Positions 51,002 through 61,086 of a stretch of 64,000 bases of DNA are shown here, piece by piece. The position numbers and the translations under genes are program-made. Position 1 is the stretch's first letter, and each line of letters opens with the position of its first letter. The DNA is from Candidatus Latescibacterota bacterium (GTDB lineage Bacteria; Latescibacterota; CBDEFO01). Under the pieces are notes generated by a model. The model was not told the DNA's origin, made no database searches, and saw only the letters and a program-made list of their open reading frames with translations. The stretch is taken from assembly GCA_965248755.1 (NCBI GenBank), contig OZ252149.1, positions 4,000,001 through 4,064,000 on the forward strand. The letters are read 5' to 3'.

Positions 51002-51063
51002 CACGGATGCGTTATTTATCTTTTGGGGATCCCGCTGGGATCGAAGTGATGTTAAAGTTTCAT

Positions 51064-51288
51064 TTAGAACTGCCTCTTAGCGTCTTCTAAAGTGGTCTTT
51101 TGTGGTTCTCTATGGATCCAGTTGGAATTAGAGTCTCGCTTCAGTTTCAAGGGATCGGAAAAGTATCTCATAACCAGTCCAATAGGGGTTGCGAAGATGA
51201 AGTAAATAAGGGTGAGTATAACTCTCGCCTGGAAATTTCCTATTTTCTCTGCGATTATCTTCCATCTTTGCCAGAGTTTCTTAAGCAT
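51064..51288 (-). CDS. SxtJ-like small membrane protein
   Basis: W...AEKIGNFQARVILTLIYFIFATPIGL..R..SDPL...W...RQF. Confidence 0.7.
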   Translation of the reverse strand: MLKKLWQRWKIIAEKIGNFQARVILTLIYFIFATPIGLVMRYFSDPLKLKRDSNSNWIHREPQKTTLEDAKRQF

Positions 51289-51310
51289 CTTTAACCCTTC
51301 TTGTTTTAAG

Positions 51311-52369
51311 TCAATCTCCAAAGTCTAACTTCCCGTTCAGTCCGTCCGTATGTCTGTATTCCAATTTGCCATCTTGGATGAAGAATATGAGGGCTTCGGC
51401 ATTTTCGGTACCCTCTATGATTTCGATGGCGCTTTGCGGACCCATAACGAAGGCGGCTGTAGATAAGATGTCGGCCTCAAGAGCACTTTCCGCCCAGACA
51501 GTTGTACTTACGGACCTGTCGGAAGGATAGCCGGTTTTGGGATCCAGGATGTGGTGGTATCGCTTTCCGTCTTCTTCGAAGAACTTCTCGTAGTCGCCCG
51601 ATGTGGCGACGCATTCCAGATTAAGTCCATCGACGCCTACTAAGGTGTCTGGGATCCTGGGATGTTGCACGTAGACTCTCCACTTACTTCCATCGGGCTT
51701 GACGCCAAAGAAACCTATATCTCCTCCCGCCTCTATGAGGGCGCCTTGAACTCCGCTTTGTTCAAGGACAGATAGGGCCTTATCCACTGCATAGCCCTTA
51801 GCGACAGCAGAAAGGTCGATTTGTGCTCCTGCTGTGATGCTAATACTATTACCTTCTATATGAATATTTTCGTATCCGACCGATGTGAGCGCCTTGTCGA
51901 TTTCGTGAGGAGCAGGGACTTTTGGAGGGACAACTTCTGCAGTACGTTCTGAGTGGTGCGACCACTGCGGAGAAAAACCCCATAGCCTTCCGAGAGAGCC
52001 GACAGTTATGTCGAAAGCTCCATTTGTAAGCTGCGCGGCTTTCTGGGATTCAGTTACGACGTATAACAGTTCTTCGGAGACTGGGACAGGTCCATCTTGG
52101 GCTTTCGAGTTGATGAGCCAGAGTTCGCTCTTGTCCGAGTGGAAGCTCATCTTCTCTTCGATCCTCTGGATCTCTCGAAAGGCGCTGTCAATGAGTTTTA
52201 ACGCCTGCTTCTGGTCCTCTTCTGATACTGTGACCGCCACGAGTGTCCCCATCAGCGGACGGAGGGCAGTTTCAGGGGAGGCTTGCCCCTTATCTTTTAA
52301 TTTCCATTTTATCAGGCCCGCTACTAAGAGAACCGCGCAGATCCAGATAAGTATTTTGGCTTTAGGCAT
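51311..52369 (-). CDS. apbE: FAD:protein FMN transferase
   Basis: LMGT, GAFDITVG, DLSAVAKGYAVD, GGDI, ATSGDYE, HHILDPKTGYP. Confidence 0.93.
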   Translation of the reverse strand: MPKAKILIWICAVLLVAGLIKWKLKDKGQASPETALRPLMGTLVAVTVSEEDQKQALKLIDSAFREIQRIEEKMSFHSDKSELWLINSKAQDGPVPVSEELLYVVTESQKAAQLTNGAFDITVGSLGRLWGFSPQWSHHSERTAEVVPPKVPAPHEIDKALTSVGYENIHIEGNSISITAGAQIDLSAVAKGYAVDKALSVLEQSGVQGALIEAGGDIGFFGVKPDGSKWRVYVQHPRIPDTLVGVDGLNLECVATSGDYEKFFEEDGKRYHHILDPKTGYPSDRSVSTTVWAESALEADILSTAAFVMGPQSAIEIIEGTENAEALIFFIQDGKLEYRHTDGLNGKLDFGD

Positions 52370-52447
52370 CCCTTTGTATTACCAAACAGTAGTTAGGGAC
52401 TTCCTCTTGCCTCTGTCCTCTGTTTACTGGCGACTTGCATTTGGGGA

Positions 52448-53419
52448 TCAACTGCGCCGTTGGGTCACGTATCTGACAGCTTCTTTAAGCGTATCCACAG
52501 CTTCCGATTCTTCAAAATATTCCAACCGGCTTACAGCCATCTGGACAAGCCTGCCGGCTTTTTCCCTGGCGTAGTCTATCCCGCCCTTGGCATTGACAAA
52601 ATCTATTAGGTCTTTCCAATCGTCAGATCCTTCAAGGCCGTTCTGGATCTTTTGCTTTATTTCATCAGCCTCTCCGTCCCTGCAATTGGACAACGCTCTG
52701 ATAAGGGGAAGCGTAACTTTGCCGTCTTTAATGTCGTGACCCACCGGTTTTCCCACGACGCTCGAATCTCCTGTAAAATCCAGAAGATCATCTGTTATCT
52801 GGTAGGCCAATCCCAGGTCCTCTCCGTACTTGGTCATAACCTCGATATTGTCAGGCGAAGCTCCGCCTAGGATAGCCCCGGACGTGGTGGCTGCGGACAG
52901 GAGCGAAGCGGTCTTATCACTTATGATCTGGAAATAGGTCTGCTCGCTCATGTCCAGTTCGAGTTTCTGCTCAATCTCCAGGATTTCGCCTCTGGAGATG
53001 CGTTCAGTAGCTGTGGATATGGCCCTGTTGACCGTGTTGGAACCTATGTCCACAAGAAGACATAATGCTTTTGAAAAGAGAAAGTCGCCCATAAGGACGG
53101 AGACCTGATTTTCCCAAATGGAGTTGACCGAACGACTGCCCCTTCTCATCTGAGAAGAGTCTATCACATCGTCGTGAGTGAGGGTCGCTGTGTGTATAAG
53201 TTCGACTACTACAGCCGCATCTACGACAGAAGCATTTATCTTTCCGGCGGCTTTGGCTGTCAGCAGGGTCAAAGCAGGACGGAACCTCTTGCCCCTGATC
53301 AATAGCAGGTATTGGGCTATCTGATGGACCAGATTGACTTCAGAACTGAGGGCGTCTTTGAGGCGCTCTTCAAAGAGTTCCATCTCAGCCCTTATGGGCT
53401 CAATTATTCTTTCCAGCAT
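52448..53419 (-). CDS. Trans-polyprenyl diphosphate synthase (IspB/HepT-like)
   Basis: GKRFRP, HDDVID..RRG, GDFL, KTA, QITDDLLD. Confidence 0.9.
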   Translation of the reverse strand: MLERIIEPIRAEMELFEERLKDALSSEVNLVHQIAQYLLLIRGKRFRPALTLLTAKAAGKINASVVDAAVVVELIHTATLTHDDVIDSSQMRRGSRSVNSIWENQVSVLMGDFLFSKALCLLVDIGSNTVNRAISTATERISRGEILEIEQKLELDMSEQTYFQIISDKTASLLSAATTSGAILGGASPDNIEVMTKYGEDLGLAYQITDDLLDFTGDSSVVGKPVGHDIKDGKVTLPLIRALSNCRDGEADEIKQKIQNGLEGSDDWKDLIDFVNAKGGIDYAREKAGRLVQMAVSRLEYFEESEAVDTLKEAVRYVTQRRS

Positions 53420-53471
53420 ATACGTATAGTGTACGCCTTTAAATTAAAAGGATGAACAACGCAGGAATCAT

Positions 53472-53500
53472 AACTTAACAAAACATTCTCATCTTGTCAA
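53472..53500 (-). promoter_or_regulatory. Putative sigma70 promoter for the polyprenyl synthase operon
   Basis: TTGACA-17 bp-TAAGTT with TGn extension on - strand. Confidence 0.45.
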
Positions 53501-53554
53501 ATGAAATTCCTCCTGCAAGGTAAAGAAAATTCGGACTATCAATCGAAAACAGGA

Positions 53555-56500
53555 TTATCGAGTCTTGGGAGAGGTATCGAAAATTTCGTCGAATATCTCT
53601 CTGTTTAAGATCATGAACTCTTCGAGTCTCTTCAGGAAATTCTTGGAGCCTCTGAATCCTAGAGATCGGGAGAGCCTCAAGAGCCCCTCCTCGTCTTTAG
53701 GGAGGGTATTTCTGGATGTCTCGTCCACAATTCTTAAGGCTTTGAGGACGGAGCATATAAGAGAGTGGGATCGGATGAGGCGGTCAGCTTTATCTTTTGA
53801 TATGAGCCTGTGCTTTTGGAGGCTTCTAAGGATTTGAAGGGTCCTTGTGGATTTGAGATCGGGATAAGATCGGGCGTCTTTGATTTGAAGCACCTGGGCG
53901 ATGAACTCTATATCTGTGATACCGCCGATCCCAGATTTGATGTTTATGAGGTCTTTGTATTTGATGCGGGAGTTATCTTCCATTTTAAGGCGCATTTTTC
54001 GTGTGTTATCGAAGAAGTTTTGATCTGCACCGCCTTCAAAGAGGAAGGAGTCTATCTCTTTCTGGAGGACATCACAGAGTTTTGGATCTCCCGATACGCA
54101 TCTTGCTCTTGTAAGGGCGAGTCTTTCCCAGTCTGATGCTCTGTTCCTCAGGTATTTTCTGTGCGCGTCAAAGGATATTGCCAGGTTGGCATTTCTGCCC
54201 TCAGGCCTTAATCTGGCGTCAACTCTGTATATGTGGTTGTTCTGGAGTGTCCCGATTATGGCTTGGGACAGTTCGATGAAGAACTGTATATTCCCTGTTT
54301 TTCCCTTCCAGCCACTGGATGTGTAGCCTTCGTGCGAGTAGATAAAGAATAAATCGAGGTCCGAACCGAAGTTAAGTTCGTACCCCCCGAGTTTACCGAG
54401 GGCTAAAATAGCGAATTTGGACTCTTCTTTGTCTTCGGAAAGAGGGAGTCCGTATCTTTCGGCGAGCTTACCGAGGGAGAACCGGTAAACCTCTTCAAGG
54501 ATCGTCCCTGCAAGGAGGGACAGTTGCCCAAAAGTCTCCTCTGTGGAGGATAGTCCGAGTGTGTCTCTTGCTCCTATTCGGAGGATGTGGCGATCTTTGA
54601 ATGTGCAAAGACGGAGCAGAATGAGGTCTCTATCCTGGGCCTGGGATAGGAAGTGCGACAGGGAGGATTTGAAGTCCTCAAGCTCGTAGTTTCTATTTAT
54701 GACGTTGGGTAGAAGGAGCCAATCTAAGAGTCCGGGGTCTCTGGACAGGAGGTCACAAAGGAAGTTGCTCTTGGAGCAAAGGGATACAACGACGTCGAGG
54801 AATTTTTCGTCTTCAGAGAGAAGATGATATAGGGTGTTGGGCGCTCCGTAGGCTCTAATGATCTTTCCAAGACCTGTAAGAGTCGAATCTGGATCGGGGG
54901 ACGCTGAGAGTCTAGAGACGAGTTTAGGGGCAAGCTGGATAAAGCTCGTCTGAGCTTTAGAGTCCTGGAGTTTGGGGAAGTGCCCGAAGGCCAGGAGAAT
55001 CAGGTCTCTGTGAGCAGACCTTGTGTCGCTAAAACCGAGACTCCTGAGGAGTCTTAAGGATGTGGTGTCTCCTATCTGGGAGTTAAGGAGGTTCTGGATT
55101 CTTATATCTATATCCTCGTGGTTATCTTCGATGAATATCTCACCGTAGATAGCCTTCACGTTTTGAGTATGAATCTCCAGTTGACTATCTAACTGGTGGC
55201 TATCCTTCAAATCAAGACTGATGGCAAGGGCGCGCAATCGAAGGGGATCGTCGGGGAGTTCGTAGGAATCCACGTTGTGAAATAGTTGGAGCCTGTGCTC
55301 GACCCTTCTGAAGAAGATGTAGGCATCGTTCAACTTTTGGGCTTCGTCACTTTCCAGATAGCCGAAGCCAGAAAGGGATCCTATAGCTTTAAGCGTGTTG
55401 TTGCTGGAGAGTTGTGGTTTGTGAGAGCCCGTCAAAAGTTGGAGATATTGGACTATAAATTCGATATCCCTGATCCCACCGGAACGGAGCTTGAGATGGG
55501 AATCGGACTTTTCCCCTGTACCGATGGCAGCTTCAATTTTATCTTTAATATTTTTGATCTCTGCTACTGGTATGCGGGATGGGATCTCAGAATAGACGAA
55601 GGGGCGGACTATCTGCAGGAAGGCCTCAGCAAGCTCAGGGTCTCCGGCGCAATATCTGGCCTTAATGAGCATCTGGCGCTCCCAGGTGCGTCCTCTTGAA
55701 CTGTAGTAGTATCCGTAGCTGGAAAGAGATCTGGCAAAAGAGCCGGCACTGCCATCGGGGCGCAGCCTAGTGTCCACGCGGTAGAGGAATCCCTCGCGCG
55801 TGGAGTCTGATGCGGATTTTATGATCTGTTCGGAGAGTCTATTGAAAAATTCGTAGTTGCTTATGGATTTGACGGATGGAGATGGGGGCCTTGTCTCTCC
55901 TTCGTCAGAATAGACGAAGATGATGTCTATGTCAGAGCTGAAGTTGAGTTCTTCCCCTCCGAGCTTGCCGAGTCCGATAATGGCGAATGTTACACTTTTC
56001 CCATCGTTTTGGATGGGGTCTCCGTATCTTTGAATCATCTCTTCGTATGAGAGTTCGTAGAGGATCTGGAGGACTGCGTCGGCAAGGGCGGAAAGCTCTC
56101 TCCCTACCGATTGGATATCCGTTTTACCTATTATCTCTCCTGTTCCTACCCTCAAAAGTTCCCGTCTATATAGCCGCCGGAGGGACAGGAGCTTATGTTC
56201 TTTGTCCTTGAAGATAGATATTTCGGATGTTAATCCCCTAAAAAGTTGAGACCTGTTAGATCCCTCCGATATGCGCTCGGGGTCGTCTGTAAGCCAGTAG
56301 AAATATTGTGGGTTTCGGATGAGTATGTCCGATAGGAACTGTCCGGTTGCGAGTATGGAAGCCAGCTGAAAGGAGAGTTCGGGACGATTTTCCAAAAGGG
56401 AGTAAAACCCCGATCTGTCCAGGACAGCGGTCGAAAGCCTGGTAAGGTTATTCAGACACAGGTCCGGATCGGGAGAAAGCAAGATCTCCTCGATGAGGTT

Positions 56501-56650
56501 TGGAGGTAGCGATAAAGGGAAGGATGGAGTTCCGGTAAGTTCCCTGAGATTCCTCAGCGTTTTTTCCGTCTGTCTGAATCCAAGTTCGGCGAGGATCGCT
56601 TTCGCCTCTTGAGGGTGTCTCTTTAGGAGATTGTGATCTATCGGTCTCAT
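53555..56650 (-). CDS. glnE: Glutamine synthetase adenylyltransferase
   Basis: Two domains: GKLGGEELNFSSDID and GKLGGYELNFGSDLD; RVDTRLRPDG; GGIRDIEF. Confidence 0.93.
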   Translation of the reverse strand: MRPIDHNLLKRHPQEAKAILAELGFRQTEKTLRNLRELTGTPSFPLSLPPNLIEEILLSPDPDLCLNNLTRLSTAVLDRSGFYSLLENRPELSFQLASILATGQFLSDILIRNPQYFYWLTDDPERISEGSNRSQLFRGLTSEISIFKDKEHKLLSLRRLYRRELLRVGTGEIIGKTDIQSVGRELSALADAVLQILYELSYEEMIQRYGDPIQNDGKSVTFAIIGLGKLGGEELNFSSDIDIIFVYSDEGETRPPSPSVKSISNYEFFNRLSEQIIKSASDSTREGFLYRVDTRLRPDGSAGSFARSLSSYGYYYSSRGRTWERQMLIKARYCAGDPELAEAFLQIVRPFVYSEIPSRIPVAEIKNIKDKIEAAIGTGEKSDSHLKLRSGGIRDIEFIVQYLQLLTGSHKPQLSSNNTLKAIGSLSGFGYLESDEAQKLNDAYIFFRRVEHRLQLFHNVDSYELPDDPLRLRALAISLDLKDSHQLDSQLEIHTQNVKAIYGEIFIEDNHEDIDIRIQNLLNSQIGDTTSLRLLRSLGFSDTRSAHRDLILLAFGHFPKLQDSKAQTSFIQLAPKLVSRLSASPDPDSTLTGLGKIIRAYGAPNTLYHLLSEDEKFLDVVVSLCSKSNFLCDLLSRDPGLLDWLLLPNVINRNYELEDFKSSLSHFLSQAQDRDLILLRLCTFKDRHILRIGARDTLGLSSTEETFGQLSLLAGTILEEVYRFSLGKLAERYGLPLSEDKEESKFAILALGKLGGYELNFGSDLDLFFIYSHEGYTSSGWKGKTGNIQFFIELSQAIIGTLQNNHIYRVDARLRPEGRNANLAISFDAHRKYLRNRASDWERLALTRARCVSGDPKLCDVLQKEIDSFLFEGGADQNFFDNTRKMRLKMEDNSRIKYKDLINIKSGIGGITDIEFIAQVLQIKDARSYPDLKSTRTLQILRSLQKHRLISKDKADRLIRSHSLICSVLKALRIVDETSRNTLPKDEEGLLRLSRSLGFRGSKNFLKRLEEFMILNREIFDEIFDTSPKTR

Positions 56651-56735
56651 TGTTGTCTATTGATCAGTGATAGGGAAAGAGGATTTCACTTTAAAGCGTA
56701 GTTATCTCCAATCCATACTATTTCCCTTTTGGAGA

Positions 56736-58280
56736 TCAGAGTGGGATGTTCCCGTGCTTTTTGGGGGGATTGGACTGGGATTTGTTTTTGAGCATACTCA
56801 GCGCTGATATTAGCTTTGGGCGGGTATCTTGAGGTTCTATAATATCGTCTATGTAGCCCAATTGGGCTGCTATATAGGGATTGGCGAATTTCGCGTTGTA
56901 TTCCTCTGTGAGCTTGGATCTGAGGGAATCGGTGTCGTCTGCACGAGCAAGTTCCCGCCTGTAGAGTATGTTGACCGCGCCCTGGGCGCCCATCACTGCC
57001 ATTTCGGCTGTGGGCCAGGCTACGTTGTAGTCCCCCCTGATGTGCTTGCTGGACATAACGTCGTAGGCACCGCCGTAGGCCTTTCTGGTTATGACAGTGA
57101 GTTTTGGAACGGTGGCTTCGCAGTAGGAGTACAGGAGCTTGGCCCCGTGTCTTATTATGCCTCCAAACTCCTGTTCTGTTCCGGGCAGAAAGCCGGGGAC
57201 GTCCTCAAATGTGATAAGCGGGATATTGAAGGCGTCACAAAAGCGTACAAAGCGAGCGGCTTTTGTGGAAGATCGTATGTCCAGGACTCCCGCCAGGACT
57301 CTGGGTTGGTTGCCGATGATTCCAACTGATCTTCCGCTGAGACGCGCAAAGCCTACAATTATATTTTTGGCAAAGTGGGAATGCACTTCGAAGAACTCTC
57401 CATCGTCAACAATCTTCTTTACGACCTGGATCATGTCGTAGGGCTTAGCAGGGTCAGAGGGAACTATACTGTTCAGTTCACCGTCTCTTCGGTCATAGGG
57501 ATCTGTTATCTTTAAAAGGGGAGGGTCTTCGAGGTTGTTCTGAGGTATATAGCTCAAAAGCTTGCGTATCTGAGAAAGGCATTCGTAGTCGTTCTGTGCG
57601 ATGAAGTGTGCCACACCACTTTTTGAGTTGTGAGTAAGAGCGCCTCCAAGTTCTTCGGCGGTTACCTCTTCGTTAGTGACGGATTTGATGACATCGGGGC
57701 CTGTGACGAACATGTAGCTTGTGCCTTCGACCATAAGTGTAAAGTCAGTGATGGCGGGGGAGTATACGGCCCCACCTGCGCAGGGGCCCATTATGGCGGA
57801 GATCTGGGGAATGACGCCTGAGGCCATTGTGTTTCTCAAGAAAATTTCTGCGTATCCCCCTAAGCTGGCTACACCCTCCTGGATTCGGGCGCCGCCTGAG
57901 TCGTTAAGTCCGATTATGGGGGCTCCATTTTCGAGGGCAAGGTCCATAAGTCTGCAGATCTTCTGAGCATTTGCCTCGCTTATTGTGCCTCCTAATACGG
58001 TGAAGTCATGGGCAAAGACGTAGACGAGGCGACCATCTATGTAGCCGTAACCGGCTACGACGCCGTCTCCAGGGTAGGTCCTTTTGTGCATGTCGAAGTC
58101 GGTGCAGCGATGGGTTACGAATACTCCGAGTTCTTCAAAGCTGCCCCTGTCCAAAAGGAGGTTGATCCTTTCTCTGGCTGTGAGTTTGCCGCGCTGGTGC
58201 ATCTTCTCTATAGCCTCAGAGCCACCGCCTTCTAACGCTTTCTCTCTGAGCTTATTCAGTTCTTGTGTTTTCTCGTTCAT
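56736..58280 (-). CDS. pccB: Acyl-CoA carboxylase carboxyltransferase (beta) subunit
   Basis: [43 protein letters not shown]. Confidence 0.9.
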   Translation of the reverse strand: MNEKTQELNKLREKALEGGGSEAIEKMHQRGKLTARERINLLLDRGSFEELGVFVTHRCTDFDMHKRTYPGDGVVAGYGYIDGRLVYVFAHDFTVLGGTISEANAQKICRLMDLALENGAPIIGLNDSGGARIQEGVASLGGYAEIFLRNTMASGVIPQISAIMGPCAGGAVYSPAITDFTLMVEGTSYMFVTGPDVIKSVTNEEVTAEELGGALTHNSKSGVAHFIAQNDYECLSQIRKLLSYIPQNNLEDPPLLKITDPYDRRDGELNSIVPSDPAKPYDMIQVVKKIVDDGEFFEVHSHFAKNIIVGFARLSGRSVGIIGNQPRVLAGVLDIRSSTKAARFVRFCDAFNIPLITFEDVPGFLPGTEQEFGGIIRHGAKLLYSYCEATVPKLTVITRKAYGGAYDVMSSKHIRGDYNVAWPTAEMAVMGAQGAVNILYRRELARADDTDSLRSKLTEEYNAKFANPYIAAQLGYIDDIIEPQDTRPKLISALSMLKNKSQSNPPKKHGNIPL

Positions 58281-58286
58281 AGAGCC

Positions 58287-58695
58287 TTAAGATCCTTGTG
58301 TGAGGACTTCCATCATGTTGAGCATAGCGCCCCATTGTCTGTCGTTCATCTTTTCTACAGTCTCAATGAGGATGGGAATGTCTTTGTCCTCCATCTGGTA
58401 GCTTTTGAGAAAAACTTTGCGCCATTTGCTATTCTTAAGCGCATTGCGCATGTCAGGTTCCTTGAGGGCTTCTAGTATCTGCGGATCGAGTATTTCTTTC
58501 TGGGAAAGTAAATATTCCACGATGGGATCGTTCATGATTCTATTAATCTGTTCGAAGAGCTTGCGGGCAGGCCCAGAAGATCTTTCCTTGTAAGCCAAAA
58601 GGAGGAGTTTTGTCTCGTCGAGATCCAGAACCTTAGCTAATTTAATACATATTTCGTCTGACGGTATCTTCTCATCTTTCTCGATCTGTCCTATG
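58287..58695 (-). pseudogene. XRE-family HTH regulator, 5' truncated by IS3 copy 6
   Basis: Open frame upstream of track ORF reads IGQIEKDEKIPSDEICIKLAKVLDLD (second half of an XRE HTH) up to the IS end. Confidence 0.65.
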
Positions 58696-58742
58696 CATAC
58701 CGCTCCCCTTGACAGAGCGACAAATATTTCGCAAATTGGGGT

Positions 58743-59072
58743 TTGAGAAGGGAGGTCAAGGTGTCGAGCCCCGAAGTGAAAGATGGTAAGCGCTGGACGG
58801 CGACCCGTAAGGGAGAGATTGTGTTGGCTCTTTTGAGAGGAGCAGATCTATCTGAGGTGTGTCGTAAGAATGGAATTAGCCAGTCGCAGGCGTATGCTTG
58901 GCGTGATAGTTTCTTAGAAGGGGGCCAGGAGAGTCTGAAGTCTCGGCGTGGTCGCAAGGATCCGAAGGAGCGAGAGGTTAGCCGGTTGGAGCGCAAGGTA
59001 GGGCAGTTGACGCTCCAGTTGGAGATACTCGAAGAGGTAGCCCGTCTAAAAAAAACGAAGCGGTTGCCTTGA
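58743..59072 (+). CDS. IS3 OrfA
   Basis: HTH. Confidence 0.85.
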   Translation: MRREVKVSSPEVKDGKRWTATRKGEIVLALLRGADLSEVCRKNGISQSQAYAWRDSFLEGGQESLKSRRGRKDPKEREVSRLERKVGQLTLQLEILEEVARLKKTKRLP

Positions 59073-59932
59073 GTGGGCGGTTTTTGGGTCGAGGCTATTC
59101 CCGCAAGGTGGTAGCTTTGGCTTTGGGTTTGCATCGTTCGACTCTGTATAGGTTTAGGGATAGAGGTGTCAGTTCTTCTGTTAAAGAGCCTGTGATAGAT
59201 GAGGAGCTTGCTTTTCGTATTCGAGGGATACTGGACCAAGAAGAGGCATTTGGTCACAGGCGGGTTTGGGCGCATCTTCGTTTCAAGGAAGGGGAATGTG
59301 TCAACGTTAAGAAGGTTCATAGGATAATGAAGCTTAAGGGGTGGCAGTGTAAGCTGTGGAATCGTCCCGGGAGAAAGGGGCCACAGGTTGCCCAGAAGCG
59401 TTCTGTGGTGGATAGTCCCGACAGTTTGTGGTCGAGTGACTTGACAAAGATTTACTGTGGAAAAGATGGTTGGTGTCCTCTTATTGCGGTGGTGGACAAC
59501 GGAAGCCGGGAGGTTCCTGGGTATCGTTTTAGTCGAAAAGGGAGGGCACTGGAGGCCACAGATGCCCTGGATCGGGCCGTGATCTCTCGATACACTTCCA
59601 AGGAGGCTGTCCCCCAGGGTCTCACTTTGCGCTCTGACAATGGTTCCATCTTTTTGGCTCGGGCCTATTTGGCCAGTACCGAATATTGGGGAATTCGTCA
59701 GGAATACATACCAAGTGGTAAACCCGATTGGAACGGTGTTGTAGAGCGTTTTTTCAGGACCCTCAAGCAAGAGTGTGTTTGGCTTCACAAGTTTGAATCC
59801 TTTGAACAGGCTGAGAAGATCATATCTCAGTGGATCGATAATTACAACAAGAACAGGCTTCATTCATCCCTGGGATATAAGACCCCAAAAGAGTGGAGAA
59901 AACAATTTTATCTACTACCCCAGGTTGCTTAA
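59069..59932 (+). CDS. IS3 transposase OrfB
   Basis: DDE core. Confidence 0.9.
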   Translation: MSGRFLGRGYSRKVVALALGLHRSTLYRFRDRGVSSSVKEPVIDEELAFRIRGILDQEEAFGHRRVWAHLRFKEGECVNVKKVHRIMKLKGWQCKLWNRPGRKGPQVAQKRSVVDSPDSLWSSDLTKIYCGKDGWCPLIAVVDNGSREVPGYRFSRKGRALEATDALDRAVISRYTSKEAVPQGLTLRSDNGSIFLARAYLASTEYWGIRQEYIPSGKPDWNGVVERFFRTLKQECVWLHKFESFEQAEKIISQWIDNYNKNRLHSSLGYKTPKEWRKQFYLLPQVA

Positions 59933-61086
59933 TTGGTGTCGCTTTCCTGGGAAGCAGTACAATATTTCTTGGGCAGAAAGAATTCTTTTACCGCCCGGTG
60001 AGCACTTCGATAAAGAACAAAAGGTAGTAATAAAATGTTTTGAAACCAAAGATATTCTTGCCTGCCCGGGTAGTGGTAAAACAAAGGCTTTGATTGCCAA
60101 GTTGTTGATTTTGTCCCGGCAAATGCCTCTTGAAAATAATAGGGGTATTTGCGTATTAACTCACACAAATGTGGCTATAAATGAAATAAAAAGCCACGCT
60201 TACTTTGCTTCTAAAAAGCTCTCTAATTACCCAAATCATTTTGGGACAATTCAAAGTTTCGTGGATAAATATCTTGCGATACCGACGTATATCAATCAGT
60301 TCAACCGAAGACCATTATTCATAAACAACGAAATTTATCTTGATAGGATGGAAAGAACGAGAAAATATTTAGGTAGAAAAACAAATGCATTTTGCTATCA
60401 GAGCGGTCATAAAGATTTGCCTTATTCACTTAGATTTGAAGATTTTTCCCTGGATGATAATGGTATATGTAAAAGACTTAAATTAGATTCAAATGATACA
60501 ACTCAAAGAGCACACTATGATAGATTGCTAAGACTAAAAGAACGGATACTTTTGGATGGAATACTAAGCTATGATGATGCATATTATATAGCAGAAAGAC
60601 ACATTGAAAAGCACCCTAATTTGAAAAACGTATTTGCAAAAAGATTTGCCTATGTTTTCATAGATGAAATGCAGGATTCAAGTACAATACAGTCCGAACT
60701 GATGAATAAAATATTCAATGATAATGTTGTTATTCAAAAAATAGGTGATTTAAATCAATCAATATTTGACTATGACCCTAACTTGGAATGCGGTTGGGCA
60801 GTAATTGACGACAGAACTATGTGTATTACAGGTAGTAAAAGATTTTCTAACGCTATAGCAAGCAAGGTTGAAAAACTTTGTGTTTTCCGGCAGACAATAA
60901 CGGGAAATGGCAGGCAAAATGAAATTACTCCTGTTATCATTGTTTATGATGATTATACTATTCAGCAGGTATTAGATAAATTCGGTGAAATAATTATCAG
61001 AAATAATCTACATCAGAATGAGAAAAGGGTATTTAAAGCAGTTGGATGGCGTGGAAAACCGCATGACACAAAAAGAACTATACCAA

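Larger units (their letters stand above)
58696..59961 (+). mobile_element. IS3-family copy 6 (no TSD; marks a rearrangement junction)
   Basis: Flanks TATG and ATAT; truncates genes on both sides. Confidence 0.9.

Noticed and set aside
19734..58695. 39-kb inversion between IS3 copies 2 and 6, suggested by a shared ATAT flank
   Set aside because: The reciprocal flanks (ATGA vs CATA) do not match, the rejoined sequence gives no plausible helicase start, and genes on both sides of copy 2 remain co-oriented
59775..59961. IS-derived N-terminal extensions of ORFs 59775, 24471, 35831 and 62885
   Set aside because: Read-through from IS sequence into truncated genes, not native starts
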